This document shows positions 25,001 to 37,899 of a stretch of 64,000 bases of DNA, piece after piece. The number at the start of each line of letters is the position of its first letter. The first letter of the stretch is position 1. The notes under the pieces are model-generated. The model searched no databases. It saw only the letters and a list, made by a program, of their open reading frames with translations, and had not been told where the DNA came from. The position numbers and the translations under genes are program-made. Source of the stretch: Eledone cirrhosa. Lineage: Eukaryota. Location of the stretch: contig OZ024758.1 of assembly GCA_964016885.1 (NCBI GenBank), positions 37,944,001 through 38,008,000 of the forward strand. Reading direction: 5' to 3'.

Positions 25001-28000
25001 GTCATGGTACTAGCTGTCAGAAGTAACTCCACTGTTGGTGAGAATTCATTTAAGTTCATGGTATTAGCTGTCAGAAGGAACTCCACTGTTGGTGAGAATT
25101 CATTTAAGTTCATGGTACTAGCTGTCAGAAGTAACTCCAATGTTGGTGAGAATTCATTTAACTTCATGGTATTAGCTGTCAGAAGTAACTCTACTGTTGG
25201 TGAGAATTCATTTAAGTCATGGTATTAGCTGTCAGAAGTAACTCCATTGTTGGTGAGAATTCATTTAAGTCATGGTACTAGCTGTCAGAAGTAACTCCAA
25301 TGTTGGTGAGAATTCATTTAAGTCATGGTACTAGCTGTCAGAAGTAACTCCAATGTTGGTGAGAATTCATTTAAGTTCATGTTATTAGCTGTCAGAAGGA
25401 ACTCCACTGTTGGTGAGAATACATTTAAGTTCATGGTACTAGCTGTCAGAAGTAACCCCAATGTTGGTGAGAATTCATTTAAGTTCATGGTATTAGCTGT
25501 CAGAAGTCACTCCAATGTTGGTGAGAATTCATTTAAGTTCATGGTATTAGCTGTCAGAAGTAACTCCACTGTTGGTAAGAATTCATTTAAGTTCATGGTA
25601 TTAGCTCTCAGAAGTAACTCCACTGTTGGTGAGAATTCATTTAAGTTCATGGTATTAGCTGTCAGAAGGAACGCCACTGTTGGTGAGAATTCATTTAAGT
25701 TCATGGTATTAGCTGTCAGAAGTAACTCCACTGTTGGTGAGAATTCATTTAAGTTCATGGTACTAGCTGTCAGAAGTAACTCCAATGTTGGTGAGAATTC
25801 ATTTAAGTTCATGGTATTAGCTGTCAGAAGTCACTCCAATGTTGGTGAGAATTCATTTAAGTTCATGGTATTAGCTGTCAGAAGTCACTCCACTGTTGGT
25901 GAGAATTCATTTAAGTTCATGGTACTAGCTGTCAGAAGTAACCCCAATATTGGTGAGAATTCATTTAAGTTCATGGTATTAGCTGTCAGAAGTCACTCCA
26001 ATGTTGGCGAGAATTCATTTAAGTTCATGGTATTAGCTGTCAGAAGTAACTCCACTGTTGGTGAGAATTCATTTAAGTTCATGGTATTAGCTGTCAGAAG
26101 TAACTCCACTGTTGGTGAGAATTCATTTAAGTCATGGTATTAGCTGTCAGAAGTAACTCCAATGTTGGTGAGAATTCATTTAAGTTCATGGTATGAGCTG
26201 TCAGAAGTCACTCCACTGTTGGTGAGAATTCATTTAAGTTCATGGTACTAGCTGTCAGAAGTAACCCAAATGTTGGTGAGAATTCATTTAAGTCATGGTA
26301 CTAGCTGTCAGAAGTAACTCCACTGTTGGTGAGAATTCATTTAAGTTCATGGTATTAGCTGTCAGAAGGAACGCCACTGTTGGTGAGAATTTATTTAAGT
26401 TCATGGTATTAGCTGTCAGAAGTAACTCCTCTGTTGGTGAGAATTCATTTAAGTTTATGGTACGAGCTGTCAGAAGTAACTCCAATGTTGGTGAGAATTC
26501 ATTTAAGTTCATGGTATTAGCTGTCAGAAGGAACTCCACTGTTGCTGAGAATTCATTTAAGTTCATGGTATTAGCTGTCAGAAGTAACTCCACTGTTGGT
26601 GAGAATTCATTTAAGTTCATGGTACTAGCTGTCAGAAGTAACTCCACTGTTGGTGAGAATTCATTTAAGTTCATGGTATTAGCTGTCAGAAGTCACTCCA
26701 ATGTTGGTGAGAATTCATTTAAGTTCATGGTATTAGCTGTCAGAAGTCACTCCACTGTTGGTGAGAATTCATTTAAGTTCATGGTACTAGCTGTCAGAAG
26801 TAACCCCAATGTTGGTGAGAATTCATTTAAGTTCATGGTATTAGCTGTCAGAAGTCACTCCAATGTTGGTGAGAATTCATTTAAGTTCATGGTATTAGCT
26901 GTCAGAAGTAACTCCACTGTTGGTGAGAATTCATTTAAGTTCATGGTACTAGCTGACAGAAGTAACTCCAATGTTGGTGAGAATTCATTTAAGTTCATGG
27001 TATTAGCTGTCAGAAGGAACTCCACTGTTGGTGAGAATTCATTTAAGTTCATGGTATTAGCTGTCAGAAGTAACTCCACTGTTGGTGAGAATTCATTTAA
27101 GTCATGGTATTAGCTGTCAGAAGTAACTCCATTGTTGGTGAGAATTCATTTAAGTCATGGTACTAGCTGTCAGAAGTAACTCCAATGTTGGTGAGAATTC
27201 ATTTAAGTCATGGTACTAGCTGTCAGAAGTAACTCCAATGTTGGTGAGAATTCATTTAAGTTCATGTTATTAGCTGTCAGAAGGAACTCCACTGTTGGTG
27301 AGAATACATTTAAGTTCATGGTACTAGCTGTCAGAAGTAACCGCAATGTTGGTGAGAATTCATTTAAGTTCATGGTATTAGCTGTCAGAAGTCACTCCAA
27401 TGTTGGTGAGAATTCATTTAAGTTCATGGTATTAGCTGTCAGAAGTAACTCCACTGTTGGTAAGAATTCATTTAAGTTCATGGTATTAGCTGTCAGAAGT
27501 AACTCCACTGTTGGTGAGAATTCATTTAAGTTCATGGTATTAGCTGTCAGAAGGAACGCCACTGTTGGTGAGAATTCATTTAAGTTCATGGTATTAGCTG
27601 TCAGAAGTAACTCCACTGTTGGTGAGAATTCATTTACGTTCATGGTACTAGCTGTCAGAAGTAATTCCAATGTTGGTGAGAATTCATTTAAGTTCATGGT
27701 ATTAGCTGTCAGAAGGAACTCCACTGTTGGTGAGAATTCATTTAAGTTCATGGTATTAGCTGTCAGAAGGAACTCCAATGTTGGTGAGAATTCATTTAAG
27801 TCATGGTACTAGCTGTCAGAAGTAACTCCACTGTTGGTGAGAATTCATTTAAGTTCATGGTATTAGCTGTCAGAAGGAACGCCACTGTTGGTGAGAATTC
27901 ATTTAAGTTCATGGTATTAGCTGTCAGAAGTAACTCCACTGTTGGTGAGAATTCATTTAAGTTCATGGTACTAGCTGTCAGAAGTAACTCCAATGTTGGT

Positions 28001-28020
28001 GAGAATTCATTTAAGTTCAT
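19080..28020. repeat. Long-range copy of ~4.0-17.5 kb lacking one 4,622-bp unit
   Basis: Offset 15,055 for 4089/19144, 5327/20382 and 6292/21347. Offset 15,109 for 8010/23119 and 9895/25004. Offset 10,487 (=15,109-4,622) for 12632/23119, 15808/26295 and 16723/27210. Confidence 0.8.
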
Positions 28021-29856
28021 GGTATGAGCTGTCAGAAGTCACTCCACTGTTGGTGAGAATTCATTTAAGTTCATGGTACTAGCTGTCAGAAGTAACCCAA
28101 ATGTTGGTGAGAATTCATTTAAGTCATGGTACTAGCTGTCAGAAGTAACTCCACTGTTGGTGAGAATTCATTTAAGTTCATGGTATTAGCTGTCAGAAGG
28201 AACGCCACTGTTGGTGAGAATTTATTTAAGTTCATGGTATTAGCTGTCAGAAGTAACTCCTCTGTTGGTGAGAATTCATTTAAGTTTATGGTACGAGCTG
28301 TCAGAAGTAACTCCAATGTTGGTGAGAATTCATTTAAGTTCATGGTATTAGCTGTCAGAAGGAACTCCACTGTTGCTGAGAATTCATTTAAGTTCATGGT
28401 ATTAGCTGTCAGAAGTAACTCCACTGTTGGTGAGAATTCATTTAAGTTCATGGTACTAGCTGTCAGAAGTAACTCCACTGTTGGTGAGAATTCATTTAAG
28501 TTCATGGTATTAGCTGTCAGAAGTCACTCCAATGTTGGTGAGAATTCATTTAAGTTCATGGTATTAGCTGTCAGAAGTCACTCCACTGTTGGTGAGAATT
28601 CATTTAAGTTCATGGTACTAGCTGTCAGAAGTAACCCCAATGTTGGTGAGAATTCATTTAAGTTCATGGTATTAGCTGTCAGAAGTCACTCCAATGTTGG
28701 TGAGAATTCATTTAAGTTCATGGTATTAGCTGTCAGAAGTAACTCCACTGTTGGTGAGAATTCATTTAAGTTCATGGTACTAGCTGACAGAAGTAACTCC
28801 AATGTTGGTGAGAATTCATTTAAGTTCATGGTATTAGCTGTCAGAAGGAACTCCACTGTTGGTGAGAATTCATTTAAGTTCATGGTATTAGCTGTCAGAA
28901 GTAACTCCACTGTTGGTGAGAATTCATTTAAGTCATGGTATTAGCTGTCAGAAGTAACTCCATTGTTGGTGAGAATTCATTTAAGTCATGGTACTAGCTG
29001 TCAGAAGTAACTCCAATGTTGGTGAGAATTCATTTAAGTCATGGTACTAGCTGTCAGAAGTAACTCCAATGTTGGTGAGAATTCATTTAAGTTCATGTTA
29101 TTAGCTGTCAGAAGGAACTCCACTGTTGGTGAGAATACATTTAAGTTCATGGTACTAGCTGTCAGAAGTAACCGCAATGTTGGTGAGAATTCATTTAAGT
29201 TCATGGTATTAGCTGTCAGAAGTCACTCCAATGTTGGTGAGAATTCATTTAAGTTCATGGTATTAGCTGTCAGAAGTAACTCCACTGTTGGTAAGAATTC
29301 ATTTAAGTTCATGGTATTAGCTGTCAGAAGTAACTCCACTGTTGGTGAGAATTCATTTAAGTTCATGGTATTAGCTGTCAGAAGGAACGCCACTGTTGGT
29401 GAGAATTCATTTAAGTTCATGGTATTAGCTGTCAGAAGTAACTCCACTGTTGGTGAGAATTCATTTACGTTCATGGTACTAGCTGTCAGAAGTAATTCCA
29501 ATGTTGGTGAGAATTCATTTAAGTTCATGGTATTAGCTGTCAGAAGGAACTCCACTGTTGGTGAGAATTCATTTAAGTTCATGGTATTAGCTGTCAGAAG
29601 GAACTCCAATGTTGGTGAGAATTCATTTAAGTCATGGTACTAGCTGTCAGAAGTAACTCCACTGTTGGTGAGAATTCATTTAAGTTCATGGTATTAGCTG
29701 TCAGAAGGAACGCCACTGTTGGTGAGAATTCATTTAAGTTCATGGTATTAGCTGTCAGAAGTAACTCCACTGTTGGTGAGAATTCATTTAAGTTCATGGT
29801 ACTAGCTGTCAGAAGTAACTCCAATGTTGGTGAGAATTCATTTAAGTTCATGGTAT
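26141..29856. repeat. Tandem duplication, period 1,831 bp (34 monomers)
   Basis: Offsets 26295/28126, 27210/29041 and 27803/29634 are all 1,831. Variant AACCGCAAT was seen only at ~27343 and ~29174. GTATGAG is at ~26195 and ~28026. Confidence 0.9.
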
Positions 29857-32109
29857 TAGCTGTCAGAAGGAACTCCACTGTTGGTGAGAATTCATTTAAG
29901 TTCATGGTATTAGCTGTCAGAAGTAACTCCACTGTTGGTGAGAATTCATTTAAGTCATGGTATTAGCTGTCAGAAGTAACTCCATTGTTGGTGAGAATTC
30001 ATTTAAGTCATGGTACTAGCTGTCAGAAGTAACTCCAATGTTGGTGAGAATTCATTTAAGTCATGGTACTAGCTGTCAGAAGTAACTCCAATGTTGGTGA
30101 GAATTCATTTAAGTTCATGTTATTAGCTGTCAGAAGGAACTCCACTGTTGGTGAGAATACATTTAAGTTCATGGTACTAGCTGTCAGAAGTAACCCCAAT
30201 GTTGGTGAGAATTCATTTAAGTTCATGGTATTAGCTGTCAGAAGTCACTCCAATGTTGGTGAGAATTCATTTAAGTTCATGGTATTAGCTGTCAGAAGTA
30301 ACTCCACTGTTGGTAAGAATTCATTTAAGTTCATGGTATTAGCTCTCAGAAGTAACTCCACTGTTGGTGAGAATTCATTTAAGTTCATGGTATTAGCTGT
30401 CAGAAGGAACGCCACTGTTGGTGAGAATTCATTTAAGTTCATGGTATTAGCTGTCAGAAGTAACTCCACTGTTGGTGAGAATTCATTTAAGTTCATGGTA
30501 CTAGCTGTCAGAAGTAACTCCAATGTTGGTGAGAATTCATTTAAGTTCATGGTATTAGCTGTCAGAAGTCACTCCAATGTTGGTGAGAATTCATTTAAGT
30601 TCATGGTATTAGCTGTCAGAAGTCACTCCACTGTTGGTGAGAATTCATTTAAGTTCATGGTACTAGCTGTCAGAAGTAACCCCAATATTGGTGAGAATTC
30701 ATTTAAGTTCATGGTATTAGCTGTCAGAAGTCACTCCAATGTTGGTGAGAATTCATTTAAGTCATGGTATTAGCTGTCAGAAGTAACTCCAATGTTGGTG
30801 AGAATTCATTTAAGTCATGGTATTAGCTGTCAGAAGTAACTCCAATGTTGGTGAGAATTCATTTAAGTTCATGGTATTAGCTGTCAGAAGTCACTCCACT
30901 GTTGGTGAGAATTCATTTAAGTTCATGGTACTAGCTGTCAGAAGTAACCCAAATGTTGGTGAGAATTCATTTAAGTTCATGGTATTAGCTGTCAGAAGTC
31001 ACTCCAATGTTGGTGAGAATTCATTTAAGTTCATGGTATTAGCTGTCAGAAGTAACTCCACTGTTGGTGAGAATTCATTTAAGTTCATGGTATTAGCTGT
31101 CAGAAGTAACTCCACTGTTGGTGAGAATTCATTTAAGTTCATGGTATTAGCTGTCAGAAGGAACTCCAATGTTGGTGAGAATTCATTTAAGTCATGGTAC
31201 TAGCTGTCAGAAGTAACTCCACTGTTGGTGAGAATTCATTTAAGTTCATGGTATTAGCTGTCAGAAGGAACGCCACTGTTGGTGAGAATTCATTTAAGTT
31301 CATGGTATTAGCTGTCAGAAGTAACTCCACTGTTGGTGAGAATTCATTTAAGTTCATGGTACTAGCTGTCAGAAGTAACTCCACTGTTGGTGAGAATTCA
31401 TTTAAGTTCATGGTATTAGCTGTCAGAAGTCACTCCAATGTTGGTGAGAATTCATTTAAGTTCATGGTATTAGCTGTCAGAAGTCACTCCACTGTTGGTG
31501 AGAATTCATTTAAGTTCATGGTACTAGCTGTCAGAAGTAACCCCAATGTTGGTGAGAATTCATTTAAGTTCATGGTATTAGCTGTCAGAAGTCACTCCAA
31601 TGTTGGTGAGAATTCATTTAAGTTCATGGTATTAGCTGTCAGAAGGAACTCCACTGTTGGTGAGAATTCATTTAAGTTCATGGTATTAGCTGTCAGAAGT
31701 AACTCCACTGTTGGTGAGAATTCATTTAAGTCATGGTATTAGCTGTCAGAAGTAACTCCATTGTTGGTGAGAATTCATTTTAGTCATGGTACTAGCTGTC
31801 AGAAGTAACTCCAATGTTGGTGAGAATTCATTTAAGTCATGGTACTAGCTGTCAGAAGTAACTCCAATGTTGGTGAGAATTCATTTAAGTTCATGTTATT
31901 AGCTGTCAGAAGGAACTCCACTGTTGGTGAGAATACATTTAAGTTCATGGTACTAGCTGTCAGAAGTAACCCCAATGTTGGTGAGAATTCATTTAAGTTC
32001 ATGGTATTAGCTGTCAGAAGTCACTCCAATGTTGGTGAGAATTCATTTAAGTTCATGGTATTAGCTGTCAGAAGTAACTCCACTGTTGGTAAGAATTCAT
32101 TTAAGTTCA

Positions 32110-35100
32110 TGGTATTAGCTGTCAGAAGTAACTCCACTGTTGGTGAGAATTCATTTACGTTCATGGTACTAGCTGTCAGAAGTAATTCCAATGTTGGTGA
32201 GAATTCATTTAAGTTCATGGTATTAGCTGTCAGAAGGAACTCCACTGTTGGTGAGAATTCATTTAAGTTCATGGTATTAGCTGTCAGAAGGAACTCCAAT
32301 GTTGGTGAGAATTCATTTAAGTCATGGTACTAGCTGTCAGAAGTAACTCCACTGTTGGTGAGAATTCATTTAAGTTCATGGTATTAGCTGTCAGAAGGAA
32401 CGCCACTGTTGGTGAGAATTCATTTAAGTTCATGGTATTAGCTGTCAGAAGTAACTCCACTGTTGGTGAGAATTCATTTAAGTTCATGGTACTAGCTGTC
32501 AGAAGTAACTCCAATGTTGGTGAGACTTCATTTAAGTTCATGGTATTAGCTGTCAGAAGGAACTCCACTGTTGGTGAGAATTCATTTAAGTTCATGGTAT
32601 TAGCTGTCAGAAGTAACTCCACTGTTGGTGAGAATTCATTTAAGTCATGGTATTAGCTGTCAGAAGTAACTCCATTGTTGGTGAGAATTCATTTAAGTCA
32701 TGGTACTAGCTGTCAGAAGTAACTCCAATGTTGGTGAGAATTCATTTAAGTCATGGTACTAGCTGTCAGAAGTAACTCCAATGTTGGTGAGAATTCATTT
32801 AAGTTCATGTTATTAGCTGTCAGAAGGAACTCCACTGTTGGTGAGAATACATTTAAGTTCATGGTACTAGCTGTCAGAAGTAACCCCAATGTTGGTGAGA
32901 ATTCATTTAAGTTCATGGTATTAGCTGTCAGAAGTCACTCCAATGTTGGTGAGAATTCATTTAAGTTCATGGTATTAGCTGTCAGAAGTAACTCCACTGT
33001 TGGTAAGAATTCATTTAAGTTCATGGTATTAGCTCTCAGAAGTAACTCCACTGTTGGTGAGAATTCATTTAAGTTCATGGTATTAGCTGTCAGAAGGAAC
33101 GCCACTGTTGGTGAGAATTCATTTAAGTTCATGGTATTAGCTGTCAGAAGTAACTCCACTGTTGGTGAGAATTCATTTAAGTTCATGGTACTAGCTGTCA
33201 GAAGTAACTCCAATGTTGGTGAGAATTCATTTAAGTTCATGGTATTAGCTGTCAGAAGTCACTCCAATGTTGGTGAGAATTCATTTAAGTTCATGGTATT
33301 AGCTGTCAGAAGTCACTCCACTGTTGGTGAGAATTCATTTAAGTTCATGGTACTAGCTGTCAGAAGTAACCCCAATATTGGTGAGAATTCATTTAAGTTC
33401 ATGGTATTAGCTGTCAGAAGTCACTCCAATGTTGGCGAGAATTCATTTAAGTTCATGGTATTAGCTGTCAGAAGTAACTCCACTGTTGGTGAGAATTCAT
33501 TTAAGTTCATGGTATTAGCTGTCAGAAGTAACTCCACTGTTGGTGAGAATTCATTTAAGTCATGGTATTAGCTGTCAGAAGTAACTCCAATGTTGGTGAG
33601 AATTCATTTAAGTTCATGGTATTAGCTGTCAGAAGTCACTCCACTGTTGGTGAGAATTCATTTAAGTTCATGGTACTAGCTGTCAGAAGTAACCCAAATG
33701 TTGGTGAGAATTCATTTAAGTTCATGGTATTAGCTGTCAGAAGGAACGCCACTGTTGGTGAGAATTCATTTAAGTTCATGGTATTAGCTGTCAGAAGTAA
33801 CTCCACTGTTGGTGGGAATTCATTTACGTTCATGGTACTAGCTGTCAGAAGTAATTCCAATGTTGGTGAGAATTCATTTAAGTTCATGGTATTAGCTGTC
33901 AGAAGGAACTCCACTGTTGGTGAGAATTCATTTAAGTTCATGGTATTAGCTGTCAGAAGGAACTCCAATGTTGGTGAGAATTCATTTAAGTCATGGTACT
34001 AGCTGTCAGAAGTAACTCCACTGTTGGTGAGAATTCATTTAAGTTCATGGTATTAGCTGTCAGAAGGAACGCCACTGTTGGTGAGAATTCATTTAAGTTC
34101 ATGGTATTAGCTGTCAGAAGTAACTCCACTGTTGGTGAGAATTCATTTAAGTTCATGGTACTAGCTGTCAGAAGTAACTCCAATGTTGGTGAGAATTCAT
34201 TTAAGTTCATGGTATTAGCTGTCAGAAGGAACTCCACTGTTGGTGAGAATTCATTTAAGTTCATGGTATTAGCTGTCAGAAGTAACTCCACTGTTGGTGA
34301 GAATTCATTTAAGTCATGGTATTAGCTGTCAGAAGTAACTCCATTGTTGGTGAGAATTCATTTAAGTCATGGTACTAGCTGTCAGAAGTAACTCCAATGT
34401 TGGTGAGAATTCATTTAAGTCATGGTACTAGCTGTCAGAAGTAACTCCAATGTTGGTGAGAATTCATTTAAGTTCATGTTATTAGCTGTCAGAAGGAACT
34501 CCACTGTTGGTGAGAATACATTTAAGTTCATGGTACTAGCTGTCAGAAGTAACCCCAATGTTGGTGAGAATTCATTTAAGTTCATGGTATTAGCTGTCAG
34601 AAGTCACTCCAATGTTGGTGAGAATTCATTTAAGTTCATGGTATTAGCTGTCAGAAGTAACTCCACTGTTGGTAAGAATTCATTTAAGTTCATGGTATTA
34701 GCTCTCAGAAGTAACTCCACTGTTGGTGAGAATTCATTTAAGTTCATGGTATTAGCTGTCAGAAGGAACGCCACTGTTGGTGAGAATTCATTTAAGTTCA
34801 TGGTATTAGCTGTCAGAAGTAACTCCACTGTTGGTGAGAATTCATTTAAGTTCATGGTACTAGCTGTCAGAAGTAACTCCAATGTTGGTGAGAATTCATT
34901 TAAGTTCATGGTATTAGCTGTCAGAAGTCACTCCAATGTTGGTGAGAATTCATTTAAGTTCATGGTATTAGCTGTCAGAAGTCACTCCACTGTTGGTGAG
35001 AATTCATTTAAGTTCATGGTACTAGCTGTCAGAAGTAACCCCAATATTGGTGAGAATTCATTTAAGTTCATGGTATTAGCTGTCAGAAGTCACTCCAATG

Positions 35101-35290
35101 TTGGCGAGAATTCATTTAAGTTCATGGTATTAGCTGTCAGAAGTAACTCCACTGTTGGTGAGAATTCATTTAAGTTCATGGTATTAGCTGTCAGAAGTAA
35201 CTCCACTGTTGGTGAGAATTCATTTAAGTCATGGTATTAGCTGTCAGAAGTAACTCCAATGTTGGTGAGAATTCATTTAAGTTCATGGTA
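32110..35290. repeat. Near-tandem duplication, period 1,669 bp (31 monomers)
   Basis: Offsets 32324/33993, 32753/34422 and 33562/35231 are all 1,669. Confidence 0.8.
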
Positions 35291-37899
35291 TTAGCTGTCA
35301 GAAGTAACTCCACTGTTGGTGAGAATTCGTTTAAGTTCATGGTATTAGCTGTCAGAAGTAACTCCACTGTTGGTGAGAATTCATTTAAGTTCATGGTATT
35401 AGCTGTCAGAAGTAACTCCAATGTTGGTGAGAATTCATTTAAGTTCATGGTATTAGCTGTCAGAAGTAACTCCACTGTTGGTGAGAATTCATTTAAGTCA
35501 TGGTACTAGCTGTCAGAAGTAACTCCACTGTTGGTGAGAATTCATTTAAGTTCATGGTATTAGCTGTCAGAAGGAACGCCACTGTTGGTGAGAATTCATT
35601 TAAGTTCATGGTATTAGCTGTCAGAAGTAACTCCTCTGTTGGTGAGAATTCATTTAAGTTCATGGTACTAGCTGTCAGAAGTAACTCCAATGTTGGTGAG
35701 AATTCATTTAAGTTCATGGTATTAGCTGTCAGAAGGAACTCCACTGTTGCTGAGAATTCATTTAAGTTCATGGTATTAGCTGTCAGAAGTAACTCCACTG
35801 TTGGTGAGAATTCATTTAAGTTCATGGTACTAGCTGTCAGAAGTAACTCCACTGTTGGTGAGAATTCATTTAAGTTCATGGTATTAGCTGTCAGAAGTCA
35901 CTCCAATGTTGGTGAGAATTCATTTAAGTTCATGGTATTAGCTGTCAGAAGTAACTCCACTGTTGGTGAGAATTCATTTAAGTTCATGGTATTAGCTGTC
36001 AGAAGTAACTCCACTGTTGGTGAGAATTCATTTAAGTCATGGTATTAGCTGTCAGAAGTAACTCCAATGTTGGTGAGAATTCATTTAAGTTCATGGTATT
36101 AGCTGTCAGAAGTCACTCCACTGTTGGTGAGAATTCATTTAAGTTCATGGTACTAGCTGTCAGAAGTAACCCAAATGTTGGTGAGAATTCATTTAAGTTC
36201 ATGGTATTAGCTGTCAGAAGTCACTCCAATGTTGGTGAGAATTCATTTAAGTTCATGGTATTAGCTGTCAGAAGTAACTCCACTGTTGGTGAGAATTCAT
36301 TTAAGTCATGGTACTAGCTGTCAGAAGTAACTCCACTGTTGGTGAGAATTCATTTAAGTTCATGGTATTAGCTGTCAGAAGGAACGCCACTGTTGGTGAG
36401 AATTCATTTAAGTTCATGGTATTAGCTGTCAGAAGTAACTCCTCTGTTGGTGAGAATTCATTTAAGTTCATGGTACTAGCTGTCAGAAGTAACTCCAATG
36501 TTGGTGAGAATTCATTTAAGTTCATGGTATTAGCTGTCAGAAGGAACTCCACTGTTGCTGAGAATTCATTTAAGTTCATGGTATTAGCTGTCAGAAGTAA
36601 CTCCACTGTTGGTGAGAATTCATTTAAGTTCATGGTACTAGCTGTCAGAAGTAACTCCACTGTTGGTGAGAATTCATTTAAGTTCATGGTATTAGCTGTC
36701 AGAAGTCACTCCAATGTTGGTGAGAATTCATTTAAGTTCATGGTATTAGCTGTCAGAAGTCACTCCACTGTTGGTGAGAATTCATTTAAGTTCATGGTAC
36801 TAGCTGTCAGAAGTAACCCCAATGTTGGTGAGAATTCATTTAAGTTCATGGTATTAGCTGTCAGAAGTCACTCCAATGTTGGTGAGAATTCATTTAAGTT
36901 CATGGTATTAGCTGTCAGAAGTAACTCCACTGTTGGTGAGAATTCATTTAAGTTCATGGTATTAGTTTGTCAGAAGTAACTCCACTGTTGGTGAGAATTC
37001 ATTTAAGTCATGGTATTAGTTGTCAGAAGTAACTCCAACGTTGGTGAGAATTCATTTAAGTTCATGGTATTAGCTGTCAGAAGGAACTCCACTGTTGGTG
37101 AGAATTCATTTAAGTTCATGGTATTAGCTGTCAGAAGTAACTCCACTGTTGGTGAGAATTCATTTAAGTCATGGTATTAGCTGTCAGAAGTAACTCCATT
37201 GTTGGTGAGAATTCATTTAAGTCATGGTACTAGCTGTCAGAAGTAACTCCAATGTTGGTGAGAATTCATTTAAGTCATTATATTAGCTGTCAGAAGTAAC
37301 TCCATTGTTGGTGAGAATTCATTTAAGTCATGGTACTAGCTGTCAGAAGTAACTCCAATGTTGGTGAGAATTCATTTAAGTTCATGTTATTAGCTGTCAG
37401 AAGGAACTCCACTGTTGGTGAGAATAAATTTAAGTTCATGGTACTAGCTGTCAGAAGTAACCCCAATGTTGGTGAGAATTCATTTAAGTTCATGGTATTA
37501 GCTGTCAGAAGTCACTCCAATGTTGGTGAGAATTCATTTAAGTTCATGGTATTAGCTGTCAGAAGTAACTCCACTGTTGGTGAGAATTCATTTAAGTTCA
37601 TGGTATTAGCTGTCAGAAGTCACTCCACTGTTGGTGAGAATTCATTTAAGTGCATGGTACTAGCTGTCAGAATAACCCCAATGTTGGTGAGAATTCATTT
37701 AAGTTCATGGTATTAGCTGTCAGAAGTCACTCCAATGTTGGTGAGAATTCATTTAAGTTCATGGTATTAGCTGTCAGAAGTAACTCCACTGTTGGTGAGA
37801 ATTCATTTAAGTTCATGGTATTAGTTTGTCAGAAGTAACTCCACTGTTGGTGAGAATTCATTTAAGTCATGGTATTAGTTGTCAGAAGTAACTCCATTG

